From: an uncultured Planctomycetota bacterium
GTDB lineage: Bacteria > Planctomycetota > Planctomycetia > Isosphaerales > Isosphaeraceae
Assembly: GCA_963823665.1 (NCBI GenBank)
Contig: CAWGMQ010000006.1
Location: 1,790,865 to 1,822,864 of the forward strand
Reading direction: 5' to 3'
Length of the DNA: 32,000 bases
The notes under the pieces are model-generated. The model was not told the DNA's origin. It worked only from the letters and a program-made list of their open reading frames with translations, and did not search any database. The position numbers and the translations under genes were made by a program. Numbering within the stretch: the stretch's first letter is position 1; each line of letters starts with the position of its first letter. Below are positions 1 through 8,168 of the stretch, in pieces.

Positions 1-1980
1 GACGTGACCGTGCCAACGGCGCCATCATTGAACGCGACCGTGTTATTAGCGGCGGTTGGATCGAAGCCGAAGCCGTTGATGGTGATCTGGGGCGCATTGG
101 CGGCCAGGTGGCCCGTGCTGGCGGTTACCACCGGCGTCACCGTCGCCACTTGAACCGCAGTCCCGCTGCTGATCTTGTCGGTGGTCACGACCGCGGTGAG
201 GCTGCCGGAGGTGGTGGGCTCGGTCGTGAGCGTCACGGTGAACGAAGTGGGGCTGGACTTCGTGACCGTGCCGGCGGCGCCGTTGTTGAACGTGACTGTG
301 TCATTCGCGGCCGTCGCATCGAAGCCCAGGCCATTGATCGTGATCTGGGTCGCGCTCGCGGCTAGCTGGGCCGTGCTGGCAGTCACGACGGGCGTCACCG
401 TCGCCACTTGAACCGCGGCGCCGCTGCTTTGGTTGTCGGTGGTCACCACCGCGGTCAAGCTGCCGGCGGTGGTGGGCCTGGTCGAGAACGTCACGGTCAG
501 CGCGGTTGGGCTCGCCGTCATGACCGTGCCGACCGCGCCGTCGTTGAACGTGATCGTGTTATTGGCGGCGGTCGGATCGAAGCCCAGGCCCTTGATCGTG
601 ACCTGGGTCGCGCTCGCGGCCAGGTCGGCGGTGCTGGCGGTCACGACCGGCGTCACCGTCGCCACTTGCACCGCGGCGCCGCTGCTTTGCTTGTCGGTGG
701 TCACGATGGCGGTCAGGCTGCCGGCGGTGGTGGGCCTGGTCGTGAACGTCACGGTGAGCGCGGCTGGGCTCGCAGTCATGACCGTGCCGGCGGCGCCGTC
801 GTTGAACGTGACCGTGTTATTAGCGGCGGTCGGGTCGAAGCCCAGGCCGTTGATCGTGATCTGGGTCGCGCTCGCGGGTAGCTGGGCTGTGCTGGCGGTC
901 ACCACGGGCGTCACCGTCGCCACTTGCACCGCGGCGCCGCTGCTTTGCTTGTCGGTGGTCACGATGGCGGTCAGGCTGCCGGCGGTGGTGGGCCTGGTCG
1001 AGAACGTCACAGTCAGCGCGGTTGGGCTCGCCGTCATGACCGTGCCGACCGCGCCGTCGTTGAACGTGATCGTGTTATTGGCGGCGGTCGGATCGAAGCC
1101 CAGGCCGTTGATCGTGATCTGCGACGCGCTCGCGGCCAGGTTGGCCGTGCTGGACGTCACCACGGGCGTCACCGTCGCCACTTGCACCGCAGTCCCGCTG
1201 CTGATCTTGTCGGTGGTCACGATGGCGGTCAGGCTACCGGCGGTTGTGGGCTTGGTCGTGAACGTCACGGTGAGCGAAGTCGGGCTGGCCGTCGCGACCG
1301 TGCCGGCGGCGCCGTCGTTGAACGTGACTGTGTCATTGGCGGCGGTCGCATCGAAGCCCAGGCCCTTGATCGTGATCTGGGTCGCGCTCGCGGGTAGCTG
1401 GGCTGTGCTGGCGGTCACCACGGGCGTCACCGTCGCCACTTGCACCGCGGCGCCGCTGCTTTGCTTGTCGGTGGTCACGATGGCGGTCAGGCTGCCGGCC
1501 GTGGTGGGCCTGGTCGAGAACGTCACAGTCAGCGCGGTTGGGCTCGCCGTCATGACCGTGCCGACCGCGCCGTCGTTGAACGTGATCGTGTTATTGGCGG
1601 CGGTCGGATCGAAGCCCAGGCCCTTGATCGTGATCTGGGACGCGCTCGCGGCCAAGTCGGCGGTGCTGGCGGTCACGACCGGCGTCACGGTCGCCACTTG
1701 CACGGCGGCGCCGCTGCTGACGCCGTCCGAGTGGACGATGGCAGTCAGGCTGCCGGCGGTGGTGGGCCTGGTCGAGAACGTTACGGTCAGTGAGTCGAAA
1801 GTCGCGGCCGTGACCGTGCCAATCGCGCCGTCGTTGAATGTGACGGTGTCGTTGGCGACGATCGGATCGAAGGCCACACCGTTGATCGTGATCTGGGTCG
1901 CGCTGGCAGCGAGGTTGGCGGTGCTGGCGGTCGGCACCGGGGTCGTGGTGCCGGTCAGGCCGTTGGGCGGGGCCGGGTTG
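1..1980 (-). repeat. Tandem 258-bp (86-aa) IPT/TIG-like repeats, about 7 units
   Basis: The landmark 'ttgtcggtggtcac' recurs at 175, 433, 691, 949, 1207 and 1465, with a diverged copy at about 1723. Spacing is exactly 258 bp each time and nucleotide similarity between units is very high. Confidence 0.93.
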
Positions 1981-3473
1981 TCGCTGACCAAATTGTGGGT
2001 GCTGCCGGTCAGGCTGGGCGCGAGGGCGCCATCGATGGCGCTCGCGTAGAATTCGCTGACGGTGGTCGAGGCATTCTGGCCGAGGATGCTGTTGACGACG
2101 GTGGCGGTCGCCTTTTCGTTGCTGCCATCGCTGAGGACGTAGACGCCTTCGCCCGCCTGGGCCCCCTGGTCGGTGGTGCCGAACTGGCCCCCGGCGGCGC
2201 CTGAGGCAGTGTTGCCGCGGAAGGTGTCGGAGGTGGCGTTCAGGATGCCGTTGAGAAGGAAGACGGCACCGCCGTATCCGGAGCCGCCGCCGGCGAGCAG
2301 GTCAGTGGGGGATTGGGAAGTAACGATGTTACCGCCGGCGCCGCCGGCGGCGGTGTTGCCGGTGAACGTGTCGCTGGTCAGGGTGAGGGTCCCGCCGTTG
2401 CTGAAGATGCCTCCTCCCAGCCCGGCACCGCCGCCGCCGGCGCCATCGTAACTACTGCCGCCTTCTATGCCGCCGCCACCGCCGAAGCCCCCTCTTCCGG
2501 GATAGAGCCCGTTGGTGGGAGACAGAGGGTTGAAGCCGGCGCCGCCGCCGCCGCCGCCGAAGCCCCCGTTACCGCCATTGCCGCCACCGTGGTCGACCAA
2601 GCCAAAAGTAGTCGGCCAGGAAACGCCCGTACCGCCGCCGCCGCCGCCGCCGCCAAAACCGCCGGAGCCGCCGGGCCCGGTTGTGAGTTGCCCACCGATA
2701 TCGAAGCCGCCGCCGCCGCCGCCGCCGCCGAAGCCGCCGTTTTTGTTGTGGGCGCCGCCATTGAGTCCGCCCCCTTTATCGCCATCCCCTGATGAGGTCG
2801 AGCCAAGGCCTCCGCCACCTCCGCCCGAGCTCGCCGGGTCCGAACCAGGTTGAGCATTTCCTCCGCTGCCGCCTTGGGCGCTGTTATTGACGAAAGTGCA
2901 GCCGTCCGCCTCGAAGACACCTTCGACGAACACCGCGCCGCCCAAACCAGCGCCGCCGCCGCCGCCGCCGCCGAAGGTGCTGTCGCCGGCGCCGCCGGTG
3001 GCTTTCCCGTCTGCCAGAGTCAGGTTGTCGAGCGTCAGCGAGTCGCCGCCGGCCACGACGAACGGCCGCACAGCATTGCCGCCGTTGATGACCAGTCCAG
3101 GCGCCCCGGAGCCTTCGATGGTAATCTTGGTGCCGGACCCGGTGATGTAGAACGCCGTCGGGCCAAACTCTGCGGCAGCCGAGTTGACGTCTTCGGAATT
3201 GAGCTGGATCGTGGAATTGGCGGGCACGCCACTGAACGTGATCACGGCTGCGGGGTCGTGGACGGCCACGGCCGCGGTGATGGCGGCGCCGAGACTGCCC
3301 GTGCCACTGTAATCCGTGTTGGTGACTGAGTACGTGCTGAGCAAGCAGCGATCCTCCAGCAGCTCCAGAAGGTGCTTGCGGGTCCGAAACGCGCCGGATG
3401 GGATGGGCCGGCGGCGAGCGGGCGAGGAGCGGAACAGCGTTCGGAGGGTGGAGAGAAGGATGCGGCGCGGCAT
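1..3473 (-). CDS. Large surface/extracellular protein, N-terminus to internal region (C-terminus beyond left edge): N-terminal LELLEDRCLLS motif, right-handed beta-helix/POMP-like region with Gly-rich loops, then tandem IPT/TIG-like Ig-fold repeats
   Basis: Reading the minus strand from ATG at 3473 gives MPRRILLSTLRTLFRSSPARRRPIPSGAFRTRKHLLELLEDRCLLSTYSVTNTDYSGTGSLGAAI..., then GGTLTLTSDTFTGNTAAGGAGG..., then repeated ITINGLGFDPTAANNTVTFNDGAVGTVMTASPTALTVTF. The frame stays open to base 1, which is why the ORF track omits it. LEx(L)EDRxLLS near the N-terminus is typical of planctomycete exported proteins. Confidence 0.88.
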   Translation of the reverse strand, partial: MPRRILLSTLRTLFRSSPARRRPIPSGAFRTRKHLLELLEDRCLLSTYSVTNTDYSGTGSLGAAITAAVAVHDPAAVITFSGVPANSTIQLNSEDVNSAAAEFGPTAFYITGSGTKITIEGSGAPGLVINGGNAVRPFVVAGGDSLTLDNLTLADGKATGGAGDSTFGGGGGGGAGLGGAVFVEGVFEADGCTFVNNSAQGGSGGNAQPGSDPASSGGGGGGLGSTSSGDGDKGGGLNGGAHNKNGGFGGGGGGGGFDIGGQLTTGPGGSGGFGGGGGGGGTGVSWPTTFGLVDHGGGNGGNGGFGGGGGGAGFNPLSPTNGLYPGRGGFGGGGGIEGGSSYDGAGGGGAGLGGGIFSNGGTLTLTSDTFTGNTAAGGAGGNIVTSQSPTDLLAGGGSGYGGAVFLLNGILNATSDTFRGNTASGAAGGQFGTTDQGAQAGEGVYVLSDGSNEKATATVVNSILGQNASTTVSEFYASAIDGALAPSLTGSTHNLVSDNPAPPNGLTGTTTPVPTASTANLAASATQITINGVAFDPIVANDTVTFNDGAIGTVTAATFDSLTVTFSTRPTTAGSLTAIVHSDGVSSGAAVQVATVTPVVTASTADLAASASQITIKGLGFDPTAANNTITFNDGAVGTVMTASPTALTVTFSTRPTTAGSLTAIVTTDKQSSGAAVQVATVTPVVTASTAQLPASATQITIKGLGFDATAANDTVTFNDGAAGTVATASPTSLTVTFTTKPTTAGSLTAIVTTDKISSGTAVQVATVTPVVTSSTANLAASASQITINGLGFDPTAANNTITFNDGAVGTVMTASPTALTVTFSTRPTTAGSLTAIVTTDKQSSGAAVQVATVTPVVTASTAQLPASATQITINGLGFDPTAANNTVTFNDGAAGTVMTASPAALTVTFTTRPTTAGSLTAIVTTDKQSSGAAVQVATVTPVVTASTADLAASATQVTIKGLGFDPTAANNTITFNDGAVGTVMTASPTALTVTFSTRPTTAGSLTAVVTTDNQSSGAAVQVATVTPVVTASTAQLAASATQITINGLGFDATAANDTVTFNNGAAGTVTKSSPTSFTVTLTTEPTTSGSLTAVVTTDKISSGTAVQVATVTPVVTASTGHLAANAPQITINGFGFDPTAANNTVAFNDGAVGTVT

Positions 3474-3569
3474 GGTCAAGCTCCGGTGTGTTCTCGGGGT
3501 CGCAACGGGATCGAAGGGAGTCCCGACTCGAGGCCGGGCGCGGCTGCGCCACGGGGCGCAGTCCCACGG

Positions 3570-5846
3570 TCATTCCACAGGCAAACGAGCGAACAGATCG
3601 GCAAGGGTTGCTTCGTAGTGTTTCCACCGCGCCAGTGACCGGCGATAGAGCGACTGGCGGACTTGCGTCACGCTGGCGGTTTGTACTGGTCGGACCGTTT
3701 GATGGAAGCGACCGCAGGCCGGCTCCCACTCCAGGCCGCACGCGGCCAGCAGGCGCCGGGCCTCGGTGTCGAAGTCATCGACCAGGTGTTCGTAAACCAC
3801 CTCATGCACCGGCACCGGCAACACGGTGCGCCAGTACTGCATCAGCCGTGCGTAATCACGGCAGCGGCCGGCCAGATGCTTGCGATCGTTGGTCCAGCGA
3901 ATGGTGCGGAAATCGGTCATCCAGCACGAGACCGCGACATCGCGCAGGTCACGGCGAACGTGGATGAAGGTCGCCCGGGGGAACAAGAGTGCCACCAGGC
4001 CCAGATAGAGGTAATTGTCCGGCAGCTTGTCCACGATCCGATCCTTGGCCGCGCCTGGTCCGACGGTGGGGAGGGTCCGGAGCAGCGCCTCGAGGCCGTC
4101 GCGGTGACGCCGGGTCAGTTGCCGCACGGCCCCCGTATCGAGGGCTTCCAGGCAGGGCAGCATCTGGTCGGGGCGGCCCAGTAGCTCGGGTATGGACACG
4201 AATTCCGCGTGGGCCAGGCCCAATTCGCCGGCGCCATGCACCCGCGAATGACTGGCCAGTACCTGCTCGACCAGCGTGGTGCCGGAGCGCGGCATGCCGA
4301 AGACGAACAGCGGCTGCCGGGTGTCGTCGCCTGCCCCTGCCAGGCGATCGAAGAGTTGCGGCGTGAAGCCCGCGATGATCCGGTCGACCAGTGCCGCATG
4401 CCCGTCGGGGTTGTAGTGTTTCCCCTGCTTGCGGCGCTGCGCAAGCGCCAGGGCATTGGCCTGTTCCAGGCAGTCGGCGGCCGCGGCGTACGCGCCCTGG
4501 GCGTCCAGCACCTGGGCCAGGCCGAACAGCAAGCTGCGACGCGCCGGCGAGCGAGGCGGTAGACTCCGATCGTCGGCGCGGCCGCGGCCGCTTCGCCCGA
4601 GCTGGGTTTCGATCGCGTCGCGGTCGATGTCGGGCAACTTGCCGCGGAGCAGCAACGCCAACCGAGCGAGCGGCCCCGGTGCCCGGGGATAGAGCGCCTG
4701 GGCCCGGCGATACCACGCCTCGGCCTCGGCCATATCCCCCAGCTCCTCGTGCAGGCCGCCACTGTTCAGGAGCGCATCCACATATTGTGGTTGCAGTTCA
4801 AGGGCCCGGCGATAGCAGGCGGCGGCCTCGGCGAACCGGCCCTCCTGTTGCAGCGCCCGGCCCAGATGGTTGTGCCCCGGGGAGTGCGTGGGATTCAGCT
4901 CGACGACCCGTTGCCAGCACGACAGCGCGGCGGCGCGGTCCTCGTCGGCGTCATGGGCGTTGGCCAGGTACTGCCACATCGCGGCATCGTCCGGAGCCAG
5001 CTCGACGGCACGGCGGAAGCCGGCATAGGCGTCGGCGCGCTTGCCTTCCAGGAACAAGGCCAGGCCGCGGTTGGCGTGGACCCGCGCCAGCTCACCCGGT
5101 CGCTCCTGGATCAAGCTCGCGGCGCGGAGGGCCTCGTCGTAGGCCGCCTGCGCTTCGCTCCAGCGTTCCAGGGCACGGTACGCGTTGCCCAGGTTGTTGA
5201 GTGCGGCCGGCCTTCGGGGCTCGAGGCGGACGGCCTCCTGGCAGTGCGTCAGGCCCTCCTCGGCTTCGCCCTGATCCACCAGCATCGCGCCGAGGTTGCT
5301 GCGGGCCAGGGGCAGGTTGGGATCGAGCGCGACCGCGGCGCGATACGCCCGGAGAGCCTCGCCGAGCTGACCCAGCTCGTGGAGAGACGTACCGAGGTTG
5401 TTCCGGGCCAGGGCGAAATCGGCACGCATCTCCAGCGCGGCGCGGAACTGCGCGACGGCCTCGGCAAACTGGCCCAGCGCATGCAGCGCGAGGCCGAGGT
5501 TGTTGGCCGCCTCGGGGTAGGCCTGTCGCAGTCTCAGGGCGGTCCGGCAGCAGTCAATGGCCTGTTGGTGCTGGCCGAGCGAGCGGTGGGCCTCGGCCAG
5601 GTTGGCGTGGTAAACGGCGGTATCGGGTTGCAGAGCCACCGCCCGGCCGATCAGCTCGACGGCGCGGGCAAAATACCCGTTCTGGTAATGCAGGACGCCA
5701 AAAAGGTGCAGGGCCTCGGCCTGGTCGGGCTGCCGGACGAGCAGGGTGTGATAAGACCGCGCGGCGTCGGCGAAGCGACCCTCCTGATGGAACTGCCAGG
5801 CGGTCGCGAGGTCGGAAGTGACCACGGTCGTCGCTCCGTGACTCAT
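3570..5846 (-). CDS. TPR-repeat protein with C-terminal sulfotransferase domain (758 aa)
   Basis: N-terminal tandem TPRs (e.g. AVALQPDTAVYHANLAEAHRSLGQHQQAIDCCRTALRL). C-terminal PLFVFGMPRSGTTLVEQVLASHSRVHGAGEL is a PAPS-binding P-loop-like motif, followed by IVDKLPDNYLYLGLVALLFPRATFIHVRRDLRDVAVSCW. Confidence 0.92.
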   Translation of the reverse strand: MSHGATTVVTSDLATAWQFHQEGRFADAARSYHTLLVRQPDQAEALHLFGVLHYQNGYFARAVELIGRAVALQPDTAVYHANLAEAHRSLGQHQQAIDCCRTALRLRQAYPEAANNLGLALHALGQFAEAVAQFRAALEMRADFALARNNLGTSLHELGQLGEALRAYRAAVALDPNLPLARSNLGAMLVDQGEAEEGLTHCQEAVRLEPRRPAALNNLGNAYRALERWSEAQAAYDEALRAASLIQERPGELARVHANRGLALFLEGKRADAYAGFRRAVELAPDDAAMWQYLANAHDADEDRAAALSCWQRVVELNPTHSPGHNHLGRALQQEGRFAEAAACYRRALELQPQYVDALLNSGGLHEELGDMAEAEAWYRRAQALYPRAPGPLARLALLLRGKLPDIDRDAIETQLGRSGRGRADDRSLPPRSPARRSLLFGLAQVLDAQGAYAAAADCLEQANALALAQRRKQGKHYNPDGHAALVDRIIAGFTPQLFDRLAGAGDDTRQPLFVFGMPRSGTTLVEQVLASHSRVHGAGELGLAHAEFVSIPELLGRPDQMLPCLEALDTGAVRQLTRRHRDGLEALLRTLPTVGPGAAKDRIVDKLPDNYLYLGLVALLFPRATFIHVRRDLRDVAVSCWMTDFRTIRWTNDRKHLAGRCRDYARLMQYWRTVLPVPVHEVVYEHLVDDFDTEARRLLAACGLEWEPACGRFHQTVRPVQTASVTQVRQSLYRRSLARWKHYEATLADLFARLPVE

Positions 5847-6002
5847 CTCTGAGTTGGTGAATCTGACTTCCCGTTGTTGCTAGTACTGCGGGCCGACCGC
5901 GATCCTCGACTGGGTCCTCTCAAAAGTCTCGAACTTGCCAAATTTGGCCTTGCGGCGGTATTTAAGGCTAGCAAGTGGGGTACTCGGGTTGAGGGGGCCG
6001 AA

Positions 6003-6014
6003 TTCCGCGCGGAA
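6003..6014. promoter_or_regulatory. Perfect 12-bp palindrome TTCCGCGCGGAA upstream of the sigma-factor fragment; candidate operator
   Basis: Self-complementary 12-mer, 51 bp before the ATG at 6066. The same palindrome lies at 7451-7462, 52 bp before the ATG of the intact paralogue. Confidence 0.4.
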
Positions 6015-6065
6015 GACCCCGGAGACGTGTCCCAACTCGTTGAATCCCGCTGTCCAGAACTTAAG

Positions 6066-6235
6066 ATGATCGAGATGTCGCCACCTCCAGGGCAGGTCTC
6101 CGGACTTGTCGCACGCGCCGCGGCAGGCGACCGGGCTGCGATCCTCGAGCTGCTCGAGCGCAAGATGCAGCTCGAGGACGCGCTCAACCGGATGGATCCG
6201 CTCGACCGCGAGATCCTCGTGCTGCGGCACTTCGA
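6066..6235 (+). pseudogene. Internally deleted, 3'-truncated ECF-like sigma-70 factor fragment
   Basis: MIEMSPPPGQVSGLVARAAAGDRAAILELLER|KMQLEDALNRMDPLDREILVLRHF. The first part matches residues ~1-33 and the second part ~150-175 of the 7515-8168 sigma factor; the middle is missing and homology ends after LVLRHF. Confidence 0.85.
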
Positions 6236-6337
6236 CCCGATCTCCGGTCCCGACGGTTTTATTCGACCGCCTTCGGCGCATTGCCCGCCGCTCGTCCCGA
6301 CCGCGTGCGTTCTGTCGCGACTTTCCGGGGTTATGGC

Positions 6338-7258
6338 TCAGCACACGCTCTTGGTCCGACCCAAAAGACAAGATGACGAGGCGGAACGATTGTCCGGTAA
6401 CGTGATTGGCGATCCGTCATCCGAGGATCTTGTCAAGCGGCACGGGCGGCGCGCTGATCTCGCGCATCGCGACCGTGCGAGGGCCAGAATCGCGACCGCG
6501 GTTGTGCCCAAGACCAGGGTTGAGGGCTCGGGGACGGAGGCGATCCGCAAGTTGTCGAACGTTACGTCCACGGCACTGGTCGACCCCATTTGGGCCGAAG
6601 CTACGACACCGCTGAAACCGGAAGTATACGTCGTGTCCGTCGCAGTCACGGTGGCCAAGGCCACGCCCGGTGCGCTCAGGTCGAACAGGCTCGCCGACAG
6701 GTTCGCGCCCACCCCTGTGAAACTAATCTGGTACGACTGAGTCGGGTCGAGCGTCACCGCGACGTCAGAGATGTCGGTCGCGATCTCGTTGGTGATCCGT
6801 TCGATGACCAGGAGGCCCGTGTTCCCACCGTTGCCCGCCGTGAGGTAGAGGGCGACGTAACCGTCGGAGGTGCCGAGGCCGAGGTTGCTCGTTCGCCCCC
6901 CCACGCCGAAGGCTTCGCCCAGCGTGTCGTTCCAGCCCACGATGTCGGCCGAGGTCGAGAAGTTGGTGAGCGACACCGCGGTGTCGATGCTGTACAGCCG
7001 CGCCTGGCCGATGACCGGGACCAGTGCCGACGGCACGCCGGGCGAGGCGAGTTCGTAGCCGTAGTTGCCCGGCGCGAGCAGGGGAAACGTGAAGGAGCCG
7101 CCCGGCTGGCCGGCGACCCCTGCGAGCGGGTTGAAGCGGGTCAGTCCCGCGTCGCTCTGGTTGTTGAAGTCGAACAGGATACCGGCCCGGGCTTCGCCGG
7201 CCAAGGCCAGGCCGATGATCAGAGCGAGCGGCGTCGCGAACGTCTTGGCACATCTCAT
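6338..7258 (-). CDS. PEP-CTERM sorting-domain protein (306 aa as read)
   Basis: N-terminal signal peptide MRCAKTFATPLALIIGLALAGEARA. VPEPSTLVLGTTAVAILALARSR is a classical PEP-CTERM motif, hydrophobic helix and basic end. About 35 unusual residues follow it. Confidence 0.83.
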   Translation of the reverse strand: MRCAKTFATPLALIIGLALAGEARAGILFDFNNQSDAGLTRFNPLAGVAGQPGGSFTFPLLAPGNYGYELASPGVPSALVPVIGQARLYSIDTAVSLTNFSTSADIVGWNDTLGEAFGVGGRTSNLGLGTSDGYVALYLTAGNGGNTGLLVIERITNEIATDISDVAVTLDPTQSYQISFTGVGANLSASLFDLSAPGVALATVTATDTTYTSGFSGVVASAQMGSTSAVDVTFDNLRIASVPEPSTLVLGTTAVAILALARSRCARSARRPCRLTRSSDDGSPITLPDNRSASSSCLLGRTKSVC

Positions 7259-7450
7259 GTCGTAACCTCTTTGGTCTGCGAGTCACAAATCTCGCCGAGT
7301 TGTTGGGCTTCACTTCCCCCTGCTGTCAATACTCCGGACCGACCGCGATTCTGGACTGAATTCCGTCAAAAAGACCTTTGCGGCGCCATATTTGGCCGCG
7401 AGGCGACATCTAAGGCTCCATTGTGCGATCCCGGGCTGACGAGAGCCCTA

Positions 7451-7462
7451 TTCCGCGCGGAA
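7451..7462. promoter_or_regulatory. Perfect palindrome TTCCGCGCGGAA upstream of sigma factor gene; candidate operator
   Basis: Shared with 6003-6014 inside a ~70-bp conserved upstream block (TTCCGCGCGGAAG...CGGAGACGTGTC...CAACTCGTTGAA.CCCG...CTTAAGATG). Confidence 0.4.
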
Positions 7463-7514
7463 GGCTGCGGAGACGTGTCGCCAACTCGTTGAAACCCGGA
7501 GTATAGAGCTTAAG

Positions 7515-8168
7515 ATGAGCGACATGTCACCACCGCCGGGACAGGTGCCGGACTTAGTCGCGCGCGCCGCGTCGGGCGACCGCGCCGCTATTGTCGAGCT
7601 GCTGGAGCGGTATCGCGGGCGGCTGCGGCGGATGGTGGCGATGCGCATGGATCCCAGGCTGCGCGGCCGCGTCGACGCGTCGGATGTCATCCAGGAGGGT
7701 TACCTCGAAGCCATGAACCGGCTCGAGGAGTTCATCCGGGACCCGTCCGTGCCGTTCTACATCTGGCTGCGGTTCCTGGTCGGCCAGCGGTTGCAGAAAC
7801 AGCATCGCCACCACCTCGGGACAACAGGCCGCGACGTTGGCCGCGAGGTTTCGATTTATCGGGGCGCGATGCCCGGCGCCAGCACAGGGGCCATCGCCGC
7901 CCGGCTCCTCGGCAAGCTGACGAGCCCCAGCCAGGCGGCGCGAAGGGCCGAGCGCAAGATGCAGCTCCAGAACGCGCTCAATCAGATGGATCCACTCGAC
8001 CGCGAGATCCTCGTGTTGCGGCACTATGAGCAGATGTCGAACGTTAACGCGGCGGCCGCACTGGGGCTGAACGAATCAGCGGCCAGCAAACGCTACACAC
8101 GGGCGCTCGAGCGGCTCAGGGAGATCATGGCCGCCTTGCCCGGGGGGATCTCCGAGGACATCCCATGA
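7515..8168 (+). CDS. ECF-like RNA polymerase sigma factor, planctomycete kinase-associated type
   Basis: MSDMSPPPGQVPDLVARAASGDRAAIVELLERYRGRLRRMVAMRMDPRLRGRVDASDVIQEGYLEAMNRLEEF...NQMDPLDREILVLRHYEQMSNVNAAAALGLNESAASKRYTRALERL: sigma-70 region 2 and region 4 motifs. Stop overlaps the next gene's ATG (ATGA). Confidence 0.9.
   Translation: MSDMSPPPGQVPDLVARAASGDRAAIVELLERYRGRLRRMVAMRMDPRLRGRVDASDVIQEGYLEAMNRLEEFIRDPSVPFYIWLRFLVGQRLQKQHRHHLGTTGRDVGREVSIYRGAMPGASTGAIAARLLGKLTSPSQAARRAERKMQLQNALNQMDPLDREILVLRHYEQMSNVNAAAALGLNESAASKRYTRALERLREIMAALPGGISEDIP

Noticed and set aside
1-1980. Regularly spaced repeats considered as a CRISPR-like array
   Set aside because: The period is 258 bp with nearly all of each unit conserved and coding; there are no short repeats with unique spacers and no cas genes.
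433-2049. 538-aa plus-strand ORF with repeats
   Set aside because: Antisense of the minus-strand IPT/TIG repeats. The minus reading gives recognisable Ig-like repeat sequence and is continuous with the LEDRxLLS N-terminus.
2884-3741. 285-aa minus ORF (Arg-rich)
   Set aside because: Off-frame product of the surface-protein start region; Arg/Pro-rich composition is typical of a wrong frame in GC-rich DNA.
4749-5852. 367-aa plus ORF
   Set aside because: Antisense of the well-supported TPR-sulfotransferase; TPR periodicity is only on the minus strand.
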